Assembly (NCBI GenBank): GCA_024704765.1
Contig: JAKMXF010000338.1
Span: 62,001 to 126,000 of the forward strand
Source: Oopsacas minuta
Taxonomy: Eukaryota; Animalia; Porifera
Direction: 5' to 3'
DNA: 64,000 bases
Both the position numbers and the translations under genes were made by a program. The notes below the pieces were generated by a model. The model did not search any database. It saw only the letters and a list, made by a program, of their open reading frames with translations, and was not told the origin of the DNA. Positions 23,826 to 36,002 of the stretch are shown piece by piece. Within the stretch, counting starts at the first letter, position 1. Each line of letters begins with the position of its first letter.

Positions 23826-25859
23826 CAGTAATCTCCCGCTTAAGTACGCAACTTGTTCCGGGTGGCGAGTGCGTACTTAGCAAATTAGCACAATTTTCTG
23901 TCCTGTTTTACTTAATACTAGAAATAACGGTACTTGAAAGTAGTTATTGTTTGTTAAACAATTACAGCCAACTAGCGATAGAAAATTTTTAGGTCCACCA
24001 TTGTACAGTACAATTTTTTTCTGATTGCATAATGTCAGGAAAAAGCAAATGCAAGCGTTTGAATGAATCACAGAGATTTCACGTCCTTGCCAGGGTAAGT
24101 GAGCCAACTCCTCCAAGTAAGCGAAGTCTTGCACGAGAGTATGAAGTCAGTGAAGGCGCTATCCGAAAGCTTTGCGAGAACAGAGGAGTTATTCGAAAAC
24201 GTTTTGCTTTGTTGTCCGGGGAGACTAAACAAAAAAATTTCGAGGTTCTCTTTGTCGGGTTTACGGACCTGGAAGACATGTTATACCTTTGGATTGATGA
24301 CATGCGCCGTGCTAACCTGCCTGTTCCACCCTCTCTGGCCATCGCGAAAGCAAAGCAAACCGCTGAACAGTTATCGATTTCGGAGGATGATTTTAAAACA
24401 TCATGGCAGTAGCTTAGCCGATTTAGGTAACGTCAAGGACTTCAGAAACTTCTACTTCATGGTGAAGGAGCAGGAGTAGAAAAACAGGATCCGGAACCTT
24501 TAGTTGCATTGAATAGCTTGTATGATATAATCGCGCAGTATGAACCTGAAAAAGTTTACAACATGGATGAAACAGGATTATTTTTTCGGCTGCTACCCAG
24601 ATATGCTCTGCTACTGCCGTTTGAAGATGTCAACTGCACCCGAGGCAAAAGAAAGATAAATAGGATTATCACTGGTTGTTTGTACGAATGCCACAAGGAA
24701 TGCATAAAATTCCATGCACATTGATTGGGAAACCGAAATCTCCGGCCTGTATAAAGAATCGGGACTAGCCGTTGAAGTACTTTAGCTAGGGCAAAGCGTG
24801 GATGGACGTTAACACTTGTTGGAAGTGGTTTAATGAAGTGTTTTGTTCTGAAGTGAAAAAGAGAACAGGACGCCCGGATCTGTTATTAATGGACAATGCT
24901 CCAGGCCATTTTCAAGCTTTTGAACGGAATAACTTCAGAGTAGTATTCTTCCCTCCAAATTGTACGAGCTAGAAGCAACCATGTGATATGGGAATCATCG
25001 CAGCACTGAAAAAGAGGTACAAATATTTGTATCTCCAGGACGTTCTTGATTATTACGATCTTGTTGAGGACTTCAAAGCCCGGAAAAAAGAGCAAGCGAA
25101 AAGGCTCCCTAGAGGAGCTGCTGGTGTTGTTTATGGTAAACTTGTTCATCTGCTAGATGCTGCTTTTTATGTTAAGCATGCATGGGATTTAGTATCTGAC
25201 ACGTCAATAAGCAACTCATTCATCAAGGCTGAGTTAGGTTCTTTAACATTGCAAGGTAGCGTTGATGAGGAGGTCAACGCGAAGTCTGATATTCTGCAAA
25301 GATTCAGGTCTGTGAATATTGTGATTGAGGAAGATGAACTCAATGAATTCATGCATATCCACGACAAAAACAACGAAAAGTATCCGCAAGCGAGGTTAGA
25401 CTATGTTAATAGGTATTGGCTGCAATGCATACAAAAAATGATGACTGACGACGATTGTGACGACCAAAGCAATGGTTCTGCACCAATCGTGAAGGAAGTG
25501 ATATTAAACCGCTTTGAAGAACTTTATCGTAGAGTACTCGAAGTTGAGGACCAGTTATTGTGCACCGATGTACAAGCTCAAACGGGAGACGCTTATGGTG
25601 ATCTAAAAAACACCTTCGAAAATTTTCAGCGTGAACTGCGACAAGTGGCATCTGAAGCTAAACGCAAAAGTGCACAAAACCTGCGTCAGCTCACGATGCA
25701 TGATATGTTTAAACAGTGAGTAACTTTAGCAAAGCGTACATTTTAGTTTTGATTGGCATTATATATGTTTTTCAATAAATTGTTCTGAAAGTTGAACACA
25801 GAATTATTGACAAATTTTTGTGACTTAGCTGGGATGCGTACTTAAGCGGGAGGTTACTG
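23826..25859 (+). mobile_element. pogo/Tigger element (DD30D), pseudogenised
   Basis: TIRs CAGTAA(T/C)CTCCCGCTTAAGTACGCA; TA left, GA right; CENP-B-type HTH (24032-24412), YNMDETGLFF, LLMDNAPGH...QPCDMGII (30 spacing). Confidence 0.93.
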
Positions 25860-26309
25860 GATGTTGTATTGATAAAAGAGCATGCAAAAAGTGAAAGTAC
25901 AGATGATAAGTTTCTACGAAATGTGTGAAATCCTTTGGATTTTATGCAAAAATGTCCTGAGCTACATTGACAAACTAGTAATTGAAACCACTATGCAGTA
26001 ATAGTGCTTTGTTATTTGTGGTTTCAAACTGGGGCATAGGGTGCCAAACAAAGGAGGGGCTCCACAACTACAGCTCCGACGAGTTTTTCCGTAATCCTCC
26101 GGCTTAACTTATGGTGATAAAGAATATAAGCTAAAGTTCACAAAATCAAGTTATTTTAGTCTAAAGTAGTCAAAAGATATGTTGTTCTGCCTTAACACAA
26201 GTTGCGTTCATGACACTTGAATGTATGACTGTCACTGGGGTGTCTTATTGTTAACTTGTTTTCAAATGTCGCAACAAAGTAAATGTGATCGTGAAGCATA
26301 CATTTTATA

Positions 26310-27960
26310 GTGACTCATTTTCAAAATTCGCCACATAGAAATTTTGATACTGAACTATACATGCAATTAGACTTAAATGCAAATTTCTCAAATTGAACTT
26401 GTGGTACTGAAATACACAAATGTTTTTGAATCAATTTCAAATTACGCACCATAGAAATTCTGATACTGAACAATACAGCGTGATACAAAAATACTGTTAC
26501 AAATATAAAAGGGCTGAAAACAAAAACTATTGGAGCGATCGTTCTGATATTCTAAATTATGTTTAGATATACTATAATGTTGAAAATTAAGAAAGTACTA
26601 CTCGAATATATTACATTTTGCCTTAATACAGCTCTTCAGACGGACGATGAAGGAGTCTATACTGCCACACACATGCTCATCCAGAATTTTTGACCACTCG
26701 CTTAATAATGTACTCTTAAGAACCTCAACTGAAAGATGGGGTGTAGCGTTAACCCTCTCCTCCAATATGAACCGTATAGATAAGTCTTGGGTTGTTAAGG
26801 TCTGGCGAACAAGGTAGCCACTTTTCGGAAGAAATGACCCGGAAAATTTGTCCTACACTACTTTTTAGTGGCTTTAGCGTTGTGAGGTGGGCAGGATCTT
26901 GCTGGAATACCCATAGGTCGTTTCCAAAATGTGATTGTGCCCAAGGCTTCAAAGAATTCTCGAGAATTAATTACCGATAAACTGATTCGTGGATTTCACA
27001 CCTTGGGGAATAAATATCAAAGGTGTCCGACCAGTTGCAGTAACTCCAGGCCATACCACCGCTGAAGTTGGTTTCTGCGTTCTAGAGACTCGGAAAATAG
27101 ATTCAGGCAACGTACGCTTATGGGTGGCTAAAATCCTATGATTTTGCTTGTTAAGGACCTGCTGAATAGCAAATAATTTTTCATCAGAGAAAAGAATCTG
27201 CTTTTGTCGACCATTGGTGAAACGTGAAAGCATGGCCTTGCATCTTTCCAACCTCATATTTTTATTTTTGGCTGTGGGGAGTTGTCTTTTTTAATCTTGT
27301 ACGCTTTAACATTCAAATCATTACAAACAAGCCTCCGCATCGGTTCATACTTGTTTTTTTTCAATGACCATTTTCAGATACTTCGGGCGGGATTTTGTTT
27401 AATCCGTTGTAGCACCCTCTTAGTCAAAGAAATTGTTCATGCAGTAAGTGCACGGTCAGGTTGTGGTCGGTCTAGCACGTCCACTGTATCAGCAAACCGT
27501 GACAAAGTTCGCGAAATAAACATCCTATTGTAACTGAGCAAAGAGGCAATTTCACTTATGCATTTTCCGGCATTTAAAAATTCAATAAAAGCTGAATGAC
27601 GAACCTCCATTACAAAATGTTGAAATTATAAACTTCTAAGAGAGATATAGCTGGTGTGATTTATTGAGATAAAATAGATATGTAGTACAATATATTGGAC
27701 AAGTTTCAACGCTATTGAATTGTATTCATCTACAATATCGTAGTTTTAAAAGTTGTAACAGTATTTATGTGTCACTCTGTACAAATGTTTTTGAATCAAT
27801 TTCAATTATCGCATGATAGAACTTGTGTTAATGAAATAGACAAATTGTTTACTAAATTTCAAATTTCGGAACATAGGAAATGTGATCCTGAAGGATATAT
27901 TTGGTAGGTACTCTTTTTCAGATTTCGACAGACAGGAATTTTGATACGAACAATAAGAAT
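26310..27960 (+). repeat. Degenerate 58-59-bp tandem repeat, interrupted by the maT at 26476-27779
   Basis: Units like GATACTGAAC-ATACAAATGTTTTTGAATCAATTTCAAAT...; one unit is split at TA (26474-75 / 27780-81); same unit recurs at 48930-49900. Confidence 0.8.
26476..27779 (-). mobile_element. maT (DD37D) element, full length, pseudogenised
   Basis: TIRs CAG(C/A)GTGA(T/C)ACA(A/T)AAATACTGTTACAA; TA TSD; ILFSDEKLF (26967-27257), WVFQQDPAH, WLPCSPDLN. Confidence 0.92.
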
Positions 27961-28034
27961 CATTTTGAATTAAGTAATTCTAAACTATATAAATCTTCGA
28001 AAAGACTTCTACTGGTTAAATCATAAATTTAAAA

Positions 28035-28640
28035 ATGAACCTTCAACAGGATATAACTAAAACAAGATCGAAAAATTACTCGTCGGAAGAAGTAAATATA
28101 TTAGTTGATCTTGCAGAAGAAAATAAATCTAGGCTATTTTGTAGCTTTAGTGCATCGCTAGCATTCGAAGAAAAAGCTTAACTTTGGCACCAAATTGCGA
28201 GTGGTTTAGCAAGTCAACACAGTGTGCATGGGTCTAGAGGTGATGTCACAAAGAAGTTGCCTAACCTTTTGTGCAAGCACAAACATCTAATGCTGATAAA
28301 GTCTAATCTATCAGAAAAACTGGGGGTGGACCAGCTGATGCAGAATTAACCCCATTGGAGGGAAAGATCTATGACATAAGGGATACAGAATGCTTCGTCG
28401 AAATTAGTTGTGGAATAGACGTCTCTGCTGAGGCACAGAGTTCCCAACTATCAGCAGATCAAATGCCAATAAGTCCTTCATTCCCATTTCATGGTAAAGT
28501 TTCAACAGCAGTTAGTAAGTAAAGACAACATCCACAGTTCGCAACGTCAATTGACGATGATACAGGACATATTCTTATTGCAAAAGATGATGAGAAGTTA
28601 GAACTTTTGAGAGAGATCAAAGAGAAATGGTCTCTATTGG
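28035..28640 (+). pseudogene. Myb/SANT-like DNA-binding ORF of a PIF/Harbinger element
   Basis: Not in the ORF track: MNLQQDITKTRSKNYSSEEVNILVDL...KA*LWHQIASGL...DVTKK...KTGGGP; converges on a Harbinger nuclease. Confidence 0.75.
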
Positions 28641-28949
28641 GAACGTACACCAGTTACTGCCTGAAATGGTACAGAATCAAACAGCAATAATAAATCTCCT
28701 GGCACAACAATCGTTTCCATTCGTTGCTCCAAGCAGATTTCCAACGAATTTCCCTCCTGGTAATGCACCATAACTCACAATTTTTGATAAATTTAGTTGT
28801 TTTGCACAACTTGTATTTGTGTATTGCTAAGTTAGAAAGTAAGGTAATTGCGTTTTCCGTGTCTGCTGTAATTGTTATTATATAATCATGTTCAAATGAA
28901 ACTACACTCGTTATAATAACTAATATCAAAACTTAACCCCGAGTTTAAG

Positions 28950-29500
28950 TAAATAAAAGTGATACTATATCTTGTTTCGTCAATACTCCACTTCCTGAAG
29001 AATGAGGAGTGAGTCTCATGAATTTGTTCATCCAGTGTATCGATGTCAGTATCGAGGCCATAGTTGATACAAATGTTGTGTAGTACCATAGTTGCCATAA
29101 TAATTATGCAACACTTTTCCTGACTGTAAGAAAGGAAACCTCCTGTTTTGTCCATTGAGCGCCAACGACTTTTCCAAATACCAAAAGAACATTCGATCGT
29201 TTTCCGAACTTTTACAAAAGATGGATCATATCTTCTTTGTCTAGCAGTGGTTGGGGATGGTAGTTGAGTAATGAGATTCGGTTTTAATCCATACGCACTA
29301 TCACCCAATAAACCATCCATGAACTGTTGGTATAGTGCCATTTGATATTGTTTCGTTTGCAGCTGATTGTCGCTATATGAATGCTTCATGTGTACTCCCG
29401 GGCCACACAACAACGGAATCTATGAAAGGATATTCATGATCACAAATTGCTTGGATATTAATAGAATGAAACAACTTTCGATTGACATATAGAATGTGAA
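28950..29500 (-). pseudogene. PIF/Harbinger DDE nuclease (HARBI1-like), C-terminal part
   Basis: [50 protein letters not shown] (ORF 28892-29413). Confidence 0.9.
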
Positions 29501-30429
29501 GCTAAGATTTCAGACTTAGAGAGGCAACTACACATCACTAATTCACAGAATTCCTTAAACCACGAAAAAATTGAACTCCTTGAGACTCAATTAACTGAAA
29601 AAGATTCCCAGATTGTAAATTTTGGATTAGTGCTGGAAGAGATTAAAGAAAAGTACAACGATATATGTACCTCTTTTTATGACGTCCGTGCTATTTATAC
29701 GAAATTATTTGATCACTGGTACTCTACTGTTCAGATTAACGAGGGCGTGCTTTACCTGATTTTTTCTAATCTCAGTAAATTAGCTAGCAACTAAATATTC
29801 TTTGAGCTGATTGTGGCTTCACAATCTATTATTATTGATGGGGAGATCAATGAAGTTGAACTCTCGAGGCAAACTAATCCTAAGCGAAGAGCCGCAAGTC
29901 TCGCCAATCTTCGAGTTAGTCACCCTAAAGGTTCTATGTGGTCTCTACTTCGGTGTGATGATAAGAAATCCTTCCAAATAGGAACCAAGGTATCACACAC
30001 ATGGAAACCTATATCGGTAGTGTTCTCTATTCAGAAGACTCTTTATTCTTTTCTTCACCTTCTCGATTGTATATGATTGACTGTCTTGTGAAAAGCAATG
30101 AAACATATTTTCCTGAAACTCATGATTCTATGTATAGTTTAGAGGACGATTGGGTGTCTCATCCTTCACTTCTTAAGTCAAAATCTCTGAAAATATCTGC
30201 TGGGAATACGAGTGCGAAGAATTCATTTGGGAAACGTGGGATTACTTACATTGGCGTTTGCACCTTGGTTAAAGCCAATTCTGTTCAAACAAGAAAGATT
30301 ATTGACCATCTGCTAAACTAATGTCGTTTCAAAGAATTTTTTGACCGATTTTAGAAATCTCTAGCTCAATCTTCATCTCTCAACATGCTCTATAATGGCT
30401 CTTATAGCGATTTCTACCATCTTGCTAAA

Positions 30430-30830
30430 GGTTGGGGTGAAACATTCTATAATTGTATCGAATTCAAAATGCTTCTACTCGTTTGGTTATGATTGTCAAA
30501 AAATTCATTATACTTCTCCTATTCTATGGGAACTTCGTTGGCCCATGGTAAAGAAGAGAGTAATTGATAACGTACAAGTGTCTAAATTTCCATTCCACAA
30601 TCTACTTACTCAATATACTGCAACTTCAGCCGGAGATTAATCCAGACAGAACTCTTAGATCCGGAACTGTGAATGACTGTTATATACAGAAACATATTAT
30701 AAACTTTGATGACGTAAGGGCGTTTTCCATAATTGCTCCTAAATTGTGGAACTCTGAACCGATCAGTATTGGACAATCTACATCAGTTAATTTATTCACA
30801 AAAAGGTTAAATGTATTTATTCACTAGTGA
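30430..30830 (+). mobile_element. 3' end of an L2/CR1-group LINE reverse transcriptase
   Basis: RIQNASTRLV, TSPILWELRW, ITYKCLN...RTLRS...RAFSIIAPKLWNS...FTKRLN (ORFs 30395-30640, 30564-30827). Confidence 0.75.
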
Positions 30831-30998
30831 GTAAAATCTTTAATGGTTTTAGTTGAGATTTATTCACAAAGCGAGAATAGACTAATAATATTCCTTAATT
30901 TTTGCAGGATATACTCTATTTCTCATTTTAACTTCTACCTGTACTAGGCTTATGAACTTGTATATATTGTCTGTACAGCGCGTTGAGATTTTTATGTA

Positions 30999-31915
30999 GA
31001 GCCAAGGGACAAAAGTATTCGACCACACAAATATATTGTCATAAATTGTATACTCTTTCCCGCTCCTATATATTGTGTAGTCTATATTCATAGCTGCTAT
31101 CTAGTAATTTGTATCGATTAACATATGTTATTCAAGAATTTCAAAAGAATATTTTAGATTGACACTTTTTGAAGGTGTTAATTATTAATAATTATTAGAT
31201 AATTATTGATAATCAAAATATGTGGTAATTCAAAACCTATTAAGAATCTATAATTTCTGACTTGATATTTAAATTCTACGTAGGCGAGTCACCCCAGATT
31301 GAAATTTCCAATCGGATAGAGCAATTTTTACTAGAGTTATAGATGAATTTCAATTTTGTGCCATTTGTGGCACCTTTTGCTGAAGGTGGCACAAGTGGCC
31401 GCTACCAAGAGGTTATTTTGGAATTCAAGGGTTAGCATAGTCATATCATTCGAAAATATTATTCCGACTTATTCCTCCCAACCCTAGTTGATTTCCTTGT
31501 AGTGGCGCTTTTTCCTGCCACCTGTGCCGCTTTTTTCAAAAAGTGGCACAAGTGGGACAAATTGAAATTCTTTTATAACTTTGGTAAAAATTGTTCTATC
31601 CCATTGGAAATTTCAATCTGGGGTAATTCGCCTACGTAGAATTCAAATATCAAGTCAGAAATTATAGATTCTTAATAGGTTTTGAATTACCACATATTTT
31701 GATTATCAATAATTATCTAATAATTATTGATAATCAACACCTTCAAAAGGTGTCAATCTAAATATTTTTTTGAAATTCTTGAAAAACATATGTTATTCTA
31801 TACAAATTACTAGATAGCAGCTACGAATATAGACTACACAAAATATAGGAGCGGGAAAGAGTATACAATTTATAACAATATATTTGTGTGGTTGAATACT
31901 TTTGTCCCCTGACTG
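30999..31915. mobile_element. Foldback MITE, second copy (917 bp)
   Basis: Same architecture and spacer as 12421-13334; TA both sides; arms differ from each other at several positions. Confidence 0.93.
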
Positions 31916-32550
31916 TATATTGCGCTCTAAAGAACTGTAATATTATGATTATTTCTAGTTAATTTATAGAAATTTCGATTTTATTAACTATATATCTTCA
32001 TGTGCAATACAATCGAAATCGTTTTATTGGGCCCATTTACCAACCATAAAGGTTTTGATTTAATATAATTTCCTCATGGTTTCTTTGCCCATCGGAATTT
32101 CTTTTTTTCGTCGATTCAATGGGCAAGAACCTGATTTCAACTTTATGACTAAATTCTCTCATGTTGAGTGCAGATTTAGTTATACTAACATTTCACAAAT
32201 GTTATGCTTCCACCCATACCACCGTACTTTTATTTTGTAATCAGTTTGTGTATTATGAAGCCTGGTATTAAATACTCAATATTTGGCCGTATATTTTTTC
32301 GCCTTATTACCATATTTAATTTATTCCATCATTTATTGTATTGAATAGAACCTAATTTCCCTTGCAGCGAACATTTAATGTTAGCATGCAAAAGGAAACA
32401 GACAAGTGAGTTTGTCTTATTTTCCGATGTATATTTATCAATAATTTGGAACAATAAATGTGATATTCCTTTTTGTAATGATAAATTGACTTGAATCTTT
32501 TTGGTTGTCATTATACATAGTACAGTCAAACTCTTATTATTATTGAATTA

Positions 32551-33800
32551 CAGGGTGTAACATAATTGATGACTTGCAGAAAAATATGCATAAATTATCG
32601 TTCGATGAATTCACTGTCCAATCTAATTTCCTATATATCCCCCTTTATATTTGAGACATGTTTTAATCCTTCGGAAGTACCACTCACCAGATTGTCGAGA
32701 ATTTCATGGGAGATCTGAGACCATGCCAGTTCAGCTGTTTTTCAAGCATGTTTAGATTGGTTGCTACTTCCATTTCATTAATTTTGCATTGGATGATGGT
32801 TCATAAATTCTCTATTCGGTTTAAGTCTGGCGAGTTGCCTGGTCAAATACCTTTCTCTCAAAAGGAATTCAAGTTGTATTTACAACAATCTTGAGTCTTT
32901 ATGGCATTATGAGCTGGTGCCCCGTCCTGCTGAAAGATCTACCTGGACATGTTTGGGAGTAATCTTCTGACTAGAACAGATCCAGTCTTCCTTTTCCTCC
33001 TTAGTGCGATCTTCAGAGACTTCTTCAGTATTAGTCCGATATGATATTTTGCAGTAACTGTGCAGAACCTAGGTACAATATGCAGTCCTGATATCGCATT
33101 GTATGACATCATTGCCCAAACATGTATCTTAGAAGGAAATTTAATTTTCTCATAGGGGCCACTGATTCTTTCTCCCTTGCCCATACACGATCATTTTCTC
33201 TATTAGGTGTGTGGAATAATTCACAGGGGGATTCACCAGAAAATAACACCATACACCAATCTTCAACAGTCGAATTGATTCTCTGTATCCAGAAAGAAAT
33301 CCGATCTTTAATCTGTTTTTCGGAAAGTCTTGGCGGAATCGGTCTTTTATAACTAGTCGCTCCAATAGGATTCTTAGGATACCTTTGGATAGTCATATGT
33401 GATGCTATAATACTCTTAGACTTAAGTTTTCTCGACAATTTCCTTGTAGTTTGGTGTTTCTTTGTTAATGACTTAGAAATGGTGATTTTACCAATTTTTT
33501 ATAAGGAAACCTTCCGTCCTCTACCATGTTTATTTCCAATGAGATTCCCTTCTGGTATTGGGTCCACCATCGTCCGACAGTACGCAAGGATGCTCCAAGT
33601 AAATTGCAAACGCGGCTTTGCGTTATCCCACCTAATAACATCCCTACAGCCTGGTTTCGAATATTGATCATGTGTTCTTTGATTATGATATTGCTAAGAT
33701 ATTAGGGAGCATAAACTATTTGATATTTTTGGACATAGACATGAACACTGGTTGGAAAAATGCATAAATAATGGTAACAAAGAATAGATATAATCGGATA
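32551..33800 (-). mobile_element. Tc1-like DD37E element, degenerate
   Basis: Left TIR CAGGGTGTAACATAATTGATG after TA; MINIRNQAVGML (33465-33671), VLFSGESP, FQQDGAPAH...NSPDLNRIENLW (37 spacing); other TIR not found. Confidence 0.85.
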
Positions 33801-36002
33801 ATGGCGAAACTTTTACTATAGTTAAATAAATATGAGTGCGGTTGTATAGTATATTGTAGGCCCAGTCGAGAAAAGTATAAATTATCGGTTCAACTTCTAC
33901 TTAAGGGAAAAGTTGCCTTCACCATTTACTAGGAATATGCGAAACTTAAATTTGAAAATTATTTCCATTTGACTCTTGCGGTTTTATATTATGCTGTGTC
34001 ACTTTCGCAAAATTGATTACATACTGTCCGAATTTTCAAATTCCTTTGACTTAGCCCCTTTAATATGTCATTTGGTAATAGTAAGTCGCATATTTGCTAT
34101 TGAATGGTGTAGTAATCGAATTTCTATGTCCAAGGATACTCAAGCTATCAAGATTTATTTGCATATTCTATCATAACCTAACGTTATTACCCACCCCCCT
34201 TTTTCCGATTATTTGAAAATTCTATATTCTTAGTAGAATTTGTTACAGACTCGCCAAACTTAGTATATTTCTTTATCTAGATCCAAGTTCATCAATAGGT
34301 CACCACAAAGAAATTTACCTACATTCCTTATCTCTTTTTCTTAACTCAGTTACCATTTATCTAGCATGGAATTTATGGTCAATTATAGTATCTATATAAA
34401 TACTCGATCAAATTATTCATATTATTGAGTGATCATATTCCTAAAATTTATTTATTTTTGGAATGGCAGAAAACACGTGTAGTAAAGTATTTCATCTTAT
34501 TTTTGGCTATCCAGGACCCATACCAGAAAATCAACTTCCAATAAAACCAGATATATGTAATCATTATAGAATGCTTAGAAATGAAGATTCTAGATCAACT
34601 AGAGATGATATAAAAGAACTAACTGAAGTATTAGTATGTATCTATAATTTGGCTTCCATACCCACTATATCAGAGCTCAAATTAAAACAGTAAATCAATT
34701 CTGATATTATACAGAGAGCTAAATACTACGGAAAAAGTATCCAAAACAAGCAACAACCTGACCGTATACAGCCTATTATTTCCGATTTCAATGTCTTGTT
34801 CGATGTCTCAAGTTGCAAATGCCTAATTCAGGAAGGTAAGTATTTTTGTTCTCTCGATAAAAGATAACACGCCGTGAGTGGCCATTTCTCTTTGATCCGC
34901 GAAACACTCGAAAATTATTTATTTCCAGCTTGGATTGCATGACAACCTCTAAAAATAATGTTAAACTAAAAAGAAAACAGGCGCAATATGAAAGAGAAGA
35001 AATGGAAATGAAGAGATTACATGCAGTTCAACCTTCGCAAGAATTTATAGCATCTGACTTCGAAGAGTTTTAATCTTTTTTACTCGAGTACATCTAATAT
35101 TCACAAGTATACACGTAATCGTAATCAATTACGAAATTTAGCCATAATGTGCGATAGATATCAAATTAGCAATCGGGCATGCGCAGCTATAGCTAACGCA
35201 GTGCTGCAGGGTTACGGTATTATCACACAGGAAGAAATTAGCGAAATTATTGATAGAAACAAACTCCGTAGATCTAGGTTCTCTGTGAGAAAGGAATTGT
35301 CTAATGAGGCTCACTAGACTATCAATGATATATCTGCAATATATTTTGATGGTCGTAAAGATCAAACTCGAGTACTGGTAGAAAGAGAAGATGGACATTT
35401 GCATCAGGATACTGCAAATGAAGAACATTATACTGTTTTATCTGAACGGAGAATCAGTATGTTGCCCATATAACACCAAGTTCTGGTAAAGCCAAAGATA
35501 TAGCAAGGGAATTGACTGATCTTTGCAGGGAGCGTAATTCATATTTAATGGCGGTTGGAGCTGATGGAGCTCGTGTTAACACTGGAATCTACAATGGATG
35601 TATCAGATTACTCGAACAAGAGTTCACAAAACCACTCCACTGGTTTATTTGCCAATTACATGGTAATGAACTTCCATTGAGGCATCTCTTTCAAATAGTA
35701 GATGGAAAAACCAGTGCACCCAATTCTTTTAAAGGAGTAATTGGTGAAGAACTTAATTGTGATTTTGCTTGCAAACCAATTACAGCGTATCATCATTAAG
35801 GCGGTAAAACTCAACTTATTGATTGCGATATTCTCAAGAATTTAAATAAAGATGAGAAATATCTATATAATATCTGTAATGCATTTCAGACCGGTATTTG
35901 CTCATCTGAACTGGCATCTATGCAACTTGTTCCTATACATCATGCTAGATAGACAACACTGGCCAACAGATTACTTAGGTCGTACATTTCTACGATACAT
36001 CT

